Part shown: piece by piece, positions 48,463 through 57,381 of the stretch | Numbering within the stretch: the stretch's first letter is position 1 | Layout: every line of letters starts with the position of its first letter | Assembly (NCBI GenBank): GCA_034718535.1 | Contig: JAYEMX010000064.1 | Span: 4,328 to 68,327 of the forward strand | Direction of reading: 5' to 3' | Origin: Patescibacteria group bacterium | GTDB taxonomy: Bacteria; Patescibacteriota; Microgenomatia; UBA1400; CG1-02-47-37 | Length of the DNA: 64,000 bases | Program-made: the position numbers and the translations under genes | The notes under the pieces: generated by a model | Database searches by the model: none | The model's input: only the letters and a program-made list of their open reading frames with translations | Told to the model about the DNA's origin: nothing

Positions 48463-49630
48463 CTAGTTTTTCCTGAATTTCTTGAACTGTTTTTGGGCCC
48501 AAACCTTTGATGTTTTTGAGATCTAAACTAGATGCTCCTTTAAGGTCTTTTATGGTGGTTTTTTTAGCCTGAATTAAAGCGTTTCTGGCCCGACTGGAAA
48601 GTTCCAACTTATCTATTTCATACTCAAGATCGTCTTTGGTGGCACTGACTTTTTTGCCTTTGGGGCCCATTAAATTAATTTTGTATCCGGTTAATTTAGC
48701 TGCCAGCCTGACATTTTGACCTTCTCTGCCTATAGCTAAAGATAGTTGATCTTCCGGAACAATGATGTCGGCAATTTTATCTTTTTCATTAATTTTTACT
48801 TTTAAGTTTTCAGCTGGTTGAAGAGAAGAGGCAATGAATTTAGAATTATCTTCAGAGAACTCAATGATGTCTATTTTTTCTCCACCGAGTTCATTAATAA
48901 TAGCCTGAACCCTAACTCCTTTTTGGCCAACACATGAACCAACAGGGTCAACTCCGGCTTGAGTTGAAGCAACAGCGACCTTAGAACGATTGCCAGCTTC
49001 TCTGGCAATAGCTTTGATTTCCACAGCTTCTGAATTTACTTCTGGAACTTCTCTTTTAAATAAGCCTAAGACTAGTTCTTGATCGGCTCTGGAAACAATA
49101 ATTTGTTGACCTCTAGCGGTTTCTCTAATATCTTTAATATAAAGGGTTAAGCGTTGATTTAGTCGATAGTGTTCGTCACGAGCCTGTTCTTCCGGAGGCA
49201 TTAAACCTTGACCTCGACCGATATCACAAATAATAAACTTACCTTCAAATCTTAAAACCATACCATTAACCATAGAACCAACTCTATCACTATACTCATC
49301 AATAATAGCGTCTTTTTCTTCTTCTCTGATTTTTTGTAAAATCACTTGCTTGGCTGTTTGAGCAGCAATACGACCAAAATTTGGAGGAGTAACGTCTTTT
49401 TTGGGTTTATCTTCAATAATCTGAAAAATTTTGACTGATCCAGTAATTTCGTTTAGTTCAGCCTCAAATTCTAGTTCTTCGTCAACCTCATGATCTTTTT
49501 TATAGGCGGCAACTAAAGCTGATTTTATGGTTTTGATAACCGCTTCAATCGGAATACCTCTTTCCGAACAAATCTGATTTAAGGCCGAGGTAAATTCAGT
49601 TCTGGCAGATTTTGGAGTGATTGTTTTCAT
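48449..49630 (-). CDS. nusA: Transcription factor NusA
   Basis: FGRIAAQTAKQ, S1/KH domains, DPVGSCVG, LSLAIGREGQNVRLAAKLTG; C-terminal alpha-CTD-like HhH. Confidence 0.97.
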   Translation of the reverse strand: MKTITPKSARTEFTSALNQICSERGIPIEAVIKTIKSALVAAYKKDHEVDEELEFEAELNEITGSVKIFQIIEDKPKKDVTPPNFGRIAAQTAKQVILQKIREEEKDAIIDEYSDRVGSMVNGMVLRFEGKFIICDIGRGQGLMPPEEQARDEHYRLNQRLTLYIKDIRETARGQQIIVSRADQELVLGLFKREVPEVNSEAVEIKAIAREAGNRSKVAVASTQAGVDPVGSCVGQKGVRVQAIINELGGEKIDIIEFSEDNSKFIASSLQPAENLKVKINEKDKIADIIVPEDQLSLAIGREGQNVRLAAKLTGYKINLMGPKGKKVSATKDDLEYEIDKLELSSRARNALIQAKKTTIKDLKGASSLDLKNIKGLGPKTVQEIQEKLDEKK

Positions 49631-49671
49631 ATTAATCAGCAGGCTATGAATAACTGCAAGTTATATTTAAT

Positions 49672-49696
49672 AAAAAAGATGGGTTTCAATCCATCT
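49672..49696 (-). terminator. Hairpin plus U-tract in the nusA leader
   Basis: Minus strand agatggatt-ga-aacccatct-ttttt. Confidence 0.6.
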
Positions 49697-49798
49697 CTAA
49701 GTTTGTAATTTATTTAACTAGGCATAGTTTATCATGAGAAATGGTCTAGGGCAAGAGACCTACAAGAGACCTGCGGGGGATTGGGTAAAGAGAGTGGG

Positions 49799-50899
49799 TT
49801 ATTTTTTTAGTTTTTGGTTGAAGCGAGGGAGAATAAGGCGGTCAATGGTAAAGGGAGAGATTAGTGAGATGACTTCCAAAGTGAAAATGGAGAGTTCAAA
49901 AGCACTGGGGATTAGTCTAGTAATATAGTAAGCGCCGATGCCCAAGAGAGCCGCGCTTCTAAGATTATCTTTAAATAATTGTTTTTGAGTGGAAAAAATA
50001 ATGTTTTCGGGAATATTTTGAGATCTGGCGATCCTGGCCTTTTTAAAAATTTTCGGGATATTAAGCCAAAGCACAACTATAAAAGCGCCAATAGCGGTAA
50101 TGGCATTTAGAGTATAGTTGGGAACACTAACATCGCCTGAAAAAATTCTTAATTCCCAACCCTGAGGATAGTAACGAACCAAAATATAAGCTATTACAAA
50201 AAATAAAGTGAGAAACCCAGTAGAGTTTTTTAAGAAAGATTTTAAATAGTAGCTTAAAGTGGCAGTTTTAGGGTTAATTTTTTTTATGTCCGGAAGTCGA
50301 TGATAGTATTTAATTAATTTACCGTGAAGTAATTTATAAATTAAGATTAAGCCCCAAATAATAAAAACCCAACCCCAACCATAATCCTTGGTAGTAATTG
50401 GAATAGGGTATGGCAATCTGAAGATTGGGTCTTTAATGGGATAAGCGGGGTATTTTGAAAAAGCAAAAAGTAAATTTGGATTAAGTTTTATTGTGTAAAA
50501 ATCAGTTAAAAAAAGTTTACCAATGGAAATATAAGAAATAGTTTGGGTGAAGAAGTTAATAATGTACCAAAGAATGGTCGGGTCTCCTTTTTTTACAGAT
50601 TGTTTGATTAAAAACTGTTGATGTTTTTGATTTTTAACACTTTCTACTTTAGATTCAAATTCTTTAATGTGAGTTGAAAGAACTAGGTTTATAATTCTGA
50701 AGGGAACCATAAAAAAAGTTTGGAAAATACCAAGGCCAATGACGGCAATCCACATGTGTTGGATGTAGTGATAGATAAAGAAAAGAATCGAGGCGTAAAA
50801 TTTTACAGTAAGCCCAGAAAAAAATGCATAAATTAATAAGATTAAAAAAATTAAAGAAAAAAAAGTAGATGTTTTGGGGAGATTGGATGATTTATCCAT
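49799..50899 (-). CDS. Polytopic membrane protein, possibly a divergent YidC/Oxa1-like protein
   Basis: Multiple TMs; MWIAVIGLGIFQTFFMVPF followed by a soluble helical segment resembles YidC TM1 plus coiled coil. Confidence 0.45.
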   Translation of the reverse strand: MDKSSNLPKTSTFFSLIFLILLIYAFFSGLTVKFYASILFFIYHYIQHMWIAVIGLGIFQTFFMVPFRIINLVLSTHIKEFESKVESVKNQKHQQFLIKQSVKKGDPTILWYIINFFTQTISYISIGKLFLTDFYTIKLNPNLLFAFSKYPAYPIKDPIFRLPYPIPITTKDYGWGWVFIIWGLILIYKLLHGKLIKYYHRLPDIKKINPKTATLSYYLKSFLKNSTGFLTLFFVIAYILVRYYPQGWELRIFSGDVSVPNYTLNAITAIGAFIVVLWLNIPKIFKKARIARSQNIPENIIFSTQKQLFKDNLRSAALLGIGAYYITRLIPSAFELSIFTLEVISLISPFTIDRLILPRFNQKLKK

Positions 50900-50902
50900 A
50901 CT

Positions 50903-51742
50903 TTAGGTAAGTGTATCAAACTTTTTTAAAGCCTGCTTTTGAGCTCGGGTAAGTTTTTGCGGAATTTTTATAATAAGACGAATATATTGATCTCCTCGAC
51001 CAACTCCTCTTAAGTGAGGCATACCCTTGCCCTTAAGACGAATTAAAGTATTTGGTTGAGTACCTGAACGAACTTTAAGCTTAATATTTTTTCCGTCAAC
51101 AGTTGGAACGCTGATAGTTCCACCAAGTGTAGCTTGGGCAAAAGTGATCTGATGATTAATAAAGATATCATGTCCTTCCCTCTTAAAGGTTTTATGTGGT
51201 TTGACTTCGATGCTGACAAAAAAATCATTAAACCTAATTCTGGTGCCGTCATCGGCTCCCGGAGGAATTTTTATTTTATATTCTTTACCTTGATGAATAA
51301 GATTTTTTTCAACTCCTTTAACAGCCTGGATAAAATCGATGGTAATACCATAACGAGGAATTTGTCTGGCTTGTCTAAAGGGTGAAGCTCCTCCACTAAA
51401 AAAAGATTCAAAAATTTCAAAAGGATCGGTAAATCCACCAAAATTAAAACCTCCGGTTCCTTGTCCACCAGTGGTGGAGTATGAGTAAGTAAATGGACTT
51501 TTAAATCCCCTTGATGGGTCAAAAGCAGCATGACCAAATTGATCATATTGTTTTTTCTTTTTAGGGTTTGAAAGAACCTCATAGCTTTCAGAGATTTCTT
51601 TAAACTTTTCGATGGCTTGTTTGCTTTTGTTTTTGTCTGGATGATATTTTAGGGCCAGCTTGCGATAAGCTTTTTTAATCTCAGCTGTTGAGGCATCCTT
51701 TTTAACCCCAAGGACTTCGTAAAAATCTCGCTTGGTAGTCAT
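50903..51742 (-). CDS. dnaJ: DnaJ co-chaperone, class B (no Zn finger)
   Basis: J domain with HPD, G/F region and C-terminal domain; no CxxCxGxG repeats. Confidence 0.9.
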   Translation of the reverse strand: MTTKRDFYEVLGVKKDASTAEIKKAYRKLALKYHPDKNKSKQAIEKFKEISESYEVLSNPKKKKQYDQFGHAAFDPSRGFKSPFTYSYSTTGGQGTGGFNFGGFTDPFEIFESFFSGGASPFRQARQIPRYGITIDFIQAVKGVEKNLIHQGKEYKIKIPPGADDGTRIRFNDFFVSIEVKPHKTFKREGHDIFINHQITFAQATLGGTISVPTVDGKNIKLKVRSGTQPNTLIRLKGKGMPHLRGVGRGDQYIRLIIKIPQKLTRAQKQALKKFDTLT

Positions 51743-53655
51743 TAGTCTTCAATGACTTCGCCTTCTTGGGCTTGAGTTTTATCTTCAGATTTTTTATTTT
51801 TGTCTTTATTTTTGGTTGATTTTTTGCCTTTGGATTTTTTGGCAGCTTCTTGTTTTTGCTGGGCTTTATACATGGCAGCACCAACTTTTTGTAAAGATTC
51901 GGATAAATCTTTAGATTTAGCCTCCAGTTCATCTTTGTCAGCTTTTTCCAAGACACCTTTTAGGGATTTGATTTTTTCCTCAATGTCTTTTTTATCTTTT
52001 TTGTCGACTTTATCACCGGCATCTTTTAAAGTTTTTTCGGCGGTAAAGATTAAAGTGTCGGCTTGATTTTTAATTTCCACTTTTTCTTTTTTAAGTTTAT
52101 CTACTGCTGCATGCTTTTCCGCCTCTTTAGTAATGTTTTCCACTTCTTCGTCGGACAATCCAGTAGAGCCTTTAATGGTTATTTTTTGCTCTTTGCCAGT
52201 GGCTTTGTCTTTAGCAGAAACATTTAAAATACCGTTAGCATCAATATCAAATTTAACTTCGATTTGAGGAACGCCACGAGGAGCCGGTGGGATTCCGTCC
52301 AAGATAAATCTTCCAAGAGATTTATTATCAGCAGCCATGGCTCTTTCTCCCTGAAGAACATTAATTTCCACGGAGGTTTGATTGGCGGCGGCTGTGGAAA
52401 AAGTTTGAGATTTTGAAGATGGAATAGTGGTATTTCTTTCGATTAACGGAGTAGAGACACTGCCTAGAGTTTCTAGTCCTAAAGTAAGAGGAGTTACATC
52501 TAAAAGCAAAACATCAGTAACATCACCCATTAAAACACCAGCTTGAATAGCGGCACCGATAGCAACTACTTCATCTGGATTAACGGATTTATTTGGCTCT
52601 TTACCAAAGAATTCTTTAACCACTTGCTGAATTTTAGGCATTCTGGTTTGACCACCAACTAAAATTATTTCATCAATGTCTTTTTTATCAAGTTTGGCGT
52701 CTTTAAGACAAGATTTAACCGGCTTCATGGTTTTTTCAATAAGATCATCTACTAATTTTTCCAAATCAGCTCGAGTTAATTTCATGGTTAAATGAAGGGG
52801 TTGCCCGTCTTTGCTTTGAGTAATAAATGGTTGATTAATTTCTGTTTCTCCTGAAGAGGAAAGTTCTATTTTGGCTTTTTCGGCCGCATCTTTGATTCTT
52901 TGTAAAGCTTGTTTGTCTGCTTTTAAGTCAATACCATGTTCTTTTTTAAACTTTTTAGCGATGTGGTCAATTATTTTTTGATCAAAATCATCTCCTCCAA
53001 GGTGAGTATTACCATTGGTGGCTTTAACTTCGTAGACGTTATCTCCCAGTTCTAAAATAGAAATGTCAAAAGTGCCACCGCCCAAATCATAAACAGCTAT
53101 GGTTTCCACTTTTTTCTTTTCAAGGCCATAGGCTAAAGCGGCGGCAGTAGGTTCATTAATAATTCTTTCTACTTTAAGACCGGCAATTTCACCAGCTTGC
53201 TTGGTAGCTTGACGTTGAGCGTCGTTAAAATAAGCAGGAACAGTGATAACGGCTTTTTCAACTTTTTCTCCCAAGTAATCTTCGGCATCGGTTTTAGCTT
53301 TGGCAAGAATTTTGGCGGCAATTTCTTGTGGAGAATATTTTTTATTGTTAACTTCGACATTAGCAATATCATCTTTGCCCCTAACTACTTTATATGGAAC
53401 CATATTAATAGTTTTTTGAGTATTTTTGTCTGAAATTTTTCTACCCATTAAACGCTTGACAGAGTAAACTGTGTTTTCCGGATTTAAAACCATTTGGCGT
53501 TTAGCAATATCGCCGACTAAATTTTTGACTGGTTCTACTATTGAAGGAATTAAATTATTACCTTCAGATGAGGGGATGATTTTAGGAGAGCCTCCCTCCA
53601 TAACAGCAATGGCTGAATTAGTGGTTCCTAGATCGATTCCAATTATTTTTGACAT
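51742..53655 (-). CDS. dnaK: Chaperone DnaK
   Basis: [39 protein letters not shown]. Confidence 0.99.
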   Translation of the reverse strand: MSKIIGIDLGTTNSAIAVMEGGSPKIIPSSEGNNLIPSIVEPVKNLVGDIAKRQMVLNPENTVYSVKRLMGRKISDKNTQKTINMVPYKVVRGKDDIANVEVNNKKYSPQEIAAKILAKAKTDAEDYLGEKVEKAVITVPAYFNDAQRQATKQAGEIAGLKVERIINEPTAAALAYGLEKKKVETIAVYDLGGGTFDISILELGDNVYEVKATNGNTHLGGDDFDQKIIDHIAKKFKKEHGIDLKADKQALQRIKDAAEKAKIELSSSGETEINQPFITQSKDGQPLHLTMKLTRADLEKLVDDLIEKTMKPVKSCLKDAKLDKKDIDEIILVGGQTRMPKIQQVVKEFFGKEPNKSVNPDEVVAIGAAIQAGVLMGDVTDVLLLDVTPLTLGLETLGSVSTPLIERNTTIPSSKSQTFSTAAANQTSVEINVLQGERAMAADNKSLGRFILDGIPPAPRGVPQIEVKFDIDANGILNVSAKDKATGKEQKITIKGSTGLSDEEVENITKEAEKHAAVDKLKKEKVEIKNQADTLIFTAEKTLKDAGDKVDKKDKKDIEEKIKSLKGVLEKADKDELEAKSKDLSESLQKVGAAMYKAQQKQEAAKKSKGKKSTKNKDKNKKSEDKTQAQEGEVIED

Positions 53656-53657
53656 AT

Positions 53658-54059
53658 TTATTTGCCTCCTTGGCCAACTTTTACTTGAGCAGGGCGTAAA
53701 ACTTTTTCATGGATAGTATAGCCCTTTTTGATAATTTCTATTATTTTGTTTTTTGGTCCTTTGATTAGTTCAACACAATCTGATGTTTTAGGATCAAACT
53801 CTTGATTTAAAACTTTTATTTCCTTAACTCCTTCTAAATCTAAAATTGATTTAAACTGATTGATGGCCAGTTTTAAGCCTTTATCTTTTAAATGTTGATC
53901 AGCTCTTTCAAGGTCATCTAAGACTGAAAGAAGTTTGTCAATTATAGATGAGATAGCAAATTTGACATAATCAGATTTATCTTTTTCTATTCTTTTTTTT
54001 AAGTTTTGATAGTCGGCTAAAGCTCTCTTTAATTGATTTTTAATAGGTGATTTTTTCAT
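53658..54059 (-). CDS. grpE: Nucleotide exchange factor GrpE
   Basis: [27 protein letters not shown]; start adjusted to ATG 54059. Confidence 0.94.
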   Translation of the reverse strand: MKKSPIKNQLKRALADYQNLKKRIEKDKSDYVKFAISSIIDKLLSVLDDLERADQHLKDKGLKLAINQFKSILDLEGVKEIKVLNQEFDPKTSDCVELIKGPKNKIIEIIKKGYTIHEKVLRPAQVKVGQGGK

Positions 54060-54063
54060 AATA

Positions 54064-54789
54064 TTACCAATTTTTGGATATTTCTGTAACAAGTTCCCCA
54101 AAATATCTGATAGTAGGAATGACAGATGGATAATTTAATCGAGATGGTCCGATAATGCCAAGCGAGCCATTGATGTCTCCGGTTTTAAAGTCGGTAAAAA
54201 CTAATCCCAAAGTTTGGAAAAAATCATTATTAAAATCTTCGCCGATTATTAAATGAATGGTTTCATCTCCGGTAACATGCGAAAATAAGTTACTTAATTT
54301 ACTATATTCGTCGATCATAGAGAGAACTTCGCGAGTAACATCAATATCATAAAATTCAGGATTGTTTAAAATATTGGCATGACCAGCATGAAAAACATCC
54401 CCTTTATTAGTGTATGAAAGAGCCAAGCAATCGGTTTTATCAGCTAAAACTCGAGTAATTTCTTTTAAAAATTTATTAACTTCAAAGCGGTGGTCCCAAA
54501 CTTTTTCTTTAACAGCTACTTCGTCGGCTACAGATAAGTCGTCTTCTTTGAGAAGTTCTCTGACATAATACTTTAAACCCATAGGTGTAGGAGTTCGTCC
54601 GGCTGAGGTATAGGGTTGGTTTAAAAATCCAGATTTGGTTAAAGTTACCATTTCATTTCTAATAGTAGCCGGAGAGATACCAAGATCATATTTTTTTTCA
54701 AGAGTAACACTACCAACCGGTTCGGCGGTTTCAGTATATTCAGTAATAATTGCTTTTAAAATTTGAGCTTGTCTATTTGAAAGTTGCAT
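54064..54789 (-). CDS. hrcA: Heat-inducible transcription repressor HrcA
   Basis: LSNRQAQIL, EPVGS, SPATIRNEM, QPYTSAGRTPT, GIIGPSRLNY; start adjusted to ATG 54789. Confidence 0.95.
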   Translation of the reverse strand: MQLSNRQAQILKAIITEYTETAEPVGSVTLEKKYDLGISPATIRNEMVTLTKSGFLNQPYTSAGRTPTPMGLKYYVRELLKEDDLSVADEVAVKEKVWDHRFEVNKFLKEITRVLADKTDCLALSYTNKGDVFHAGHANILNNPEFYDIDVTREVLSMIDEYSKLSNLFSHVTGDETIHLIIGEDFNNDFFQTLGLVFTDFKTGDINGSLGIIGPSRLNYPSVIPTIRYFGELVTEISKNW

Positions 54790-54791
54790 AA

Positions 54792-54828
54792 TTAGCAGAA
54801 GGATAACACGACTGCTAATTAGTGTCAA
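54792..54828 (-). promoter_or_regulatory. Sigma70-type promoter with overlapping CIRCE operator for hrcA-grpE-dnaK-dnaJ
   Basis: Minus strand TTGACA-17nt-TATCCT with an extended TG; CIRCE-like TTAGCAGTC-N9-TTCTGCTAA at 54792-54818 (consensus TTAGCACTC-N9-GAGTGCTAA). Confidence 0.85.
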
Positions 54829-54847
54829 GGATTGTTTTGGCAATAAA

Positions 54848-54870
54848 CCTACAAGGAGAGTCCTTGAAGG
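54848..54870. repeat. Family B palindrome upstream of RAYT-2
   Basis: cctacaaggagagtccttgaagg. Confidence 0.92.
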
Positions 54871-54892
54871 CTTATACTTGAGGGTGTATACT
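54864..54892 (+). promoter_or_regulatory. Putative RAYT-2 promoter with its -35 inside the palindrome
   Basis: TTGAAG(54864-54869)-17nt-TATACT(54887-54892)-7nt-ATG. Confidence 0.6.
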
Positions 54893-54899
54893 GAATTTA

Positions 54900-55547
54900 A
54901 TGCCTTCAAAAAATGCTTTAAAAATCTATAAAGAAGATTCTTATTATCATATTTATAATCGAGGAGTGGCTAAGGCAAATATTTTTAAAGACAAAAAGGA
55001 TTATAAAGTTTTTCTTGATTATTTGAAAATATATTTATCTCCTGTCGACCTACAAGGAGAGTCCTTGAAGGTTTCACCATCAAGAGAATTGAAAAATTAT
55101 TCAGATGAAATTATCTTGGTTGCTTATTGCTTAATGCCAAACCATTTTCACTTATTAATTCATCAAAAAAATAAGGATTCTATTAATTACTTTATGAGAT
55201 CTTTGGCTACAAAATATTCAAGATATTTTAATACTAGATATGATAGGGTTGGCCCATTATTTCAAGGTGTTTATAAAGCTGTTAAGGTTGACAATGAAGA
55301 TCAGTTGGTTTATTTGACTAAATATATTCATCGAAATCCTATTAATATCCTACCTACGAGGAGAGTCCTTGTAGGTTATAAATACTCTAGTTATGGAAAT
55401 TACTTGGGATTATTTAAACAGGTCTGGGTAAAGCCAAATATGATTCTTGGATTGTTTTCTGCCTCTAATAAGTTATTTAGTTATAAAAGTTTTGTGGAAG
55501 AATTAGAAGAAGATTATAGTTCTATAAATAAAATTGTTCTTGATTAG
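54900..55547 (+). CDS. REP-associated tyrosine transposase (RAYT/TnpA-REP, Y1 HUH), copy 2
   Basis: YHIYNRG, AYCLMPNHFHLL, GPLFQG, YIHRNP, YKYSS; flanked by family B palindromes. Confidence 0.9.
   Translation: MPSKNALKIYKEDSYYHIYNRGVAKANIFKDKKDYKVFLDYLKIYLSPVDLQGESLKVSPSRELKNYSDEIILVAYCLMPNHFHLLIHQKNKDSINYFMRSLATKYSRYFNTRYDRVGPLFQGVYKAVKVDNEDQLVYLTKYIHRNPINILPTRRVLVGYKYSSYGNYLGLFKQVWVKPNMILGLFSASNKLFSYKSFVEELEEDYSSINKIVLD
55049..55071. repeat. Family B palindrome inside RAYT-2 (first internal copy)
   Basis: cctacaaggagagtccttgaagg, encoding DLQGESLKV. Confidence 0.92.
55353..55375. repeat. Family B palindrome inside RAYT-2 (second internal copy)
   Basis: cctacgaggagagtccttgtagg, encoding PTRRVLVG in a different frame. 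Confidence 0.9.
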
Positions 55548-55582
55548 CACCTACAAGGAGAGTCCTTGTAGGTGCTTGTAGG
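55546..55582. repeat. Family B palindrome downstream of RAYT-2
   Basis: agcacctacaagga-gag-tccttgtaggtgct (14-bp arms overlapping the TAG stop) plus a duplicated ttgtagg tail. Confidence 0.92.
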
Positions 55583-55587
55583 TTGAG

Positions 55588-57381
55588 TTATTTTTGGAGG
55601 ATGGAGAGGAAGGCTTCTTGGGGTAAGTTGACTTTACCGATTTGCTTCATGCGTTTTTTACCTTTTTTCTGTTTAGATAAAAGTTTTTGTCTTCTGGTGG
55701 GGTCACCACCGTAAAGCTTGGCGGTAACATCTTTTCTAAAGGCTTTAATTGTTTCTCTGGCAAGAATTTTACCACCTAAGGCTATTTGGATAGGGGTTTC
55801 AAATTGCTGACGAGGAATTATTTCTTTTAATTTTGAGGCTAGTTTTTTAGCAGTAGATAAAGCTTTTTCTTTGACGATTAAAATTGATAGGGGTTCAATT
55901 GGTTGATGATTAAGAAGAACTTGAAGTTTAACAATTTTTGCCGGTTTAAATTCTAAAAATTCCCAGTCTAGGCTGGCAAAACCAGAAGAAACCGATTTTA
56001 GGGCTCCAAAGAAATTGCTGATTAATTCTTGAAGGGGTAAATTATAGATTAGTTTGACTTGATTGCCAAAAAATTCTTGGTTTTGAAGCTTGGCTCTTTT
56101 ATTTTGACATAAATTCATTACTCCACCTAAGTATTTAGCGGGAACAAATATAACTAATTTGATAAAAGGTTCTTTAGTTTGATTAATTAAAGTGGGGTCT
56201 GGAAAGTTGGTTGGGCTTAAAATAGATATTTCTTGATTATTTTTCCTTAAAATAATTTTATATTTAACCGAAGGACTGGTGATAATTAATTCGAGTAAAA
56301 ATTCTCTTTCTAAACGTTCCTGAATAATATCTGAGTGAAGCAACCCTTGAAAGCCTATTTTGTAACCACTGCCTAAAACAGAAGAGCTGACCGGAATATA
56401 AGAAAGACTTGAATCAGATAAACTTAGTTTTTCTAAAGCCTTGGTTAATTTAATAAAATCTTGAGAATTGATCGGATATAAATCCATAAAAACCATAGGT
56501 TGGGGTTCTATAAATCCGGAAAAGGGTTTTACTTTATTATCGGGTGGATTAATGGTAACAGTGTCACCTACCCTACAAAGGGAAATATCTTTTAATCCGG
56601 TTGCAAGATAACCGACTTCGCCTGAAAAAAGTTCTGTTCCCGGTTTCATTTGAGGTAAAAAATAACCAACTTCTTCCGGGCTAAAGGTGGCTTGGTTGGA
56701 CATTAGCATAAGTTTATCTTGTTTTGAAATTTGGCCGGCAATCAAACGAACATAAGCAATAACACCTTTGTGAGAATGATAAAAAGAGTTAAAAACTAAA
56801 GCTTTAAGGGGTGCTTTGGTGTTAATTTTGGGAGAAGGAAGATGCTCTATTACCACTTTAATTAATTGAAGTACGCCTTGTCCTGTTTTAGCGGAGATCT
56901 GTAATATTTTGTTTTGGGAAAATCCAAAAGTTTTTTTGATTTCTTTTAAAGTTTTTTTGATCTCGGCATTAGGATGGTCAATTTTGTTGATAACCGGAAT
57001 TATTTTTAGGTTGGCTTCAATAGCTTTATTCATATTTGCCATGGTTTGGGCTTGAATGCCTTGGGTGGCATCGACTAAAAGAATGGCTCCCTCACAAGCA
57101 GCCAGGGAGCGAGAAACTTCGTAAGAAAAGTCAACATGGCCGGGGGTATCAATTAAATTTAAAATGTAAGCCTGGTTGTTTAATTGGTACTTCATTCGAA
57201 CCGGAGCCAATTTAATAGTAATTCCCCGCTCTCTTTCAATAGGATTTGAATCTAATAATCGATCTTTTCTATCTTTTGGTTTAACTGTGTTGGTAATTTC
57301 AAGGAATCGATCTGTTAAAGTGGTTTTACCATGATCAATATGACTAATGACACAGAAGTTTCTAATGTTGGGCTTATTCAT
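55588..57381 (-). CDS. lepA: Elongation factor 4
   Basis: [53 protein letters not shown]. Confidence 0.98.
   Translation of the reverse strand: MNKPNIRNFCVISHIDHGKTTLTDRFLEITNTVKPKDRKDRLLDSNPIERERGITIKLAPVRMKYQLNNQAYILNLIDTPGHVDFSYEVSRSLAACEGAILLVDATQGIQAQTMANMNKAIEANLKIIPVINKIDHPNAEIKKTLKEIKKTFGFSQNKILQISAKTGQGVLQLIKVVIEHLPSPKINTKAPLKALVFNSFYHSHKGVIAYVRLIAGQISKQDKLMLMSNQATFSPEEVGYFLPQMKPGTELFSGEVGYLATGLKDISLCRVGDTVTINPPDNKVKPFSGFIEPQPMVFMDLYPINSQDFIKLTKALEKLSLSDSSLSYIPVSSSVLGSGYKIGFQGLLHSDIIQERLEREFLLELIITSPSVKYKIILRKNNQEISILSPTNFPDPTLINQTKEPFIKLVIFVPAKYLGGVMNLCQNKRAKLQNQEFFGNQVKLIYNLPLQELISNFFGALKSVSSGFASLDWEFLEFKPAKIVKLQVLLNHQPIEPLSILIVKEKALSTAKKLASKLKEIIPRQQFETPIQIALGGKILARETIKAFRKDVTAKLYGGDPTRRQKLLSKQKKGKKRMKQIGKVNLPQEAFLSILQK

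Noticed and set aside
49752-49773. caagagacct direct repeat containing cctacaag as a family B copy
   Set aside because: Only an 8-9 nt half-arm matches; it may be a remnant but cannot be supported.
54789-54909. 40-aa N-terminal extension of HrcA (and similar extensions for rpoA, rpsJ, rplW, ruvX, fusA, grpE)
   Set aside because: Longest-ORF artefacts; family similarity begins at the downstream ATG, and the hrcA extension would cover the promoter and CIRCE.
37347-55547. The two Y1 transposases as ordinary IS200/IS605 insertion sequences
   Set aside because: Longer than typical IS200 TnpA, with RAYT-type NRG, MPNH.H, NP and YSS motifs, no tnpB, and divergent paralogues whose palindromes are dispersed far from the genes.
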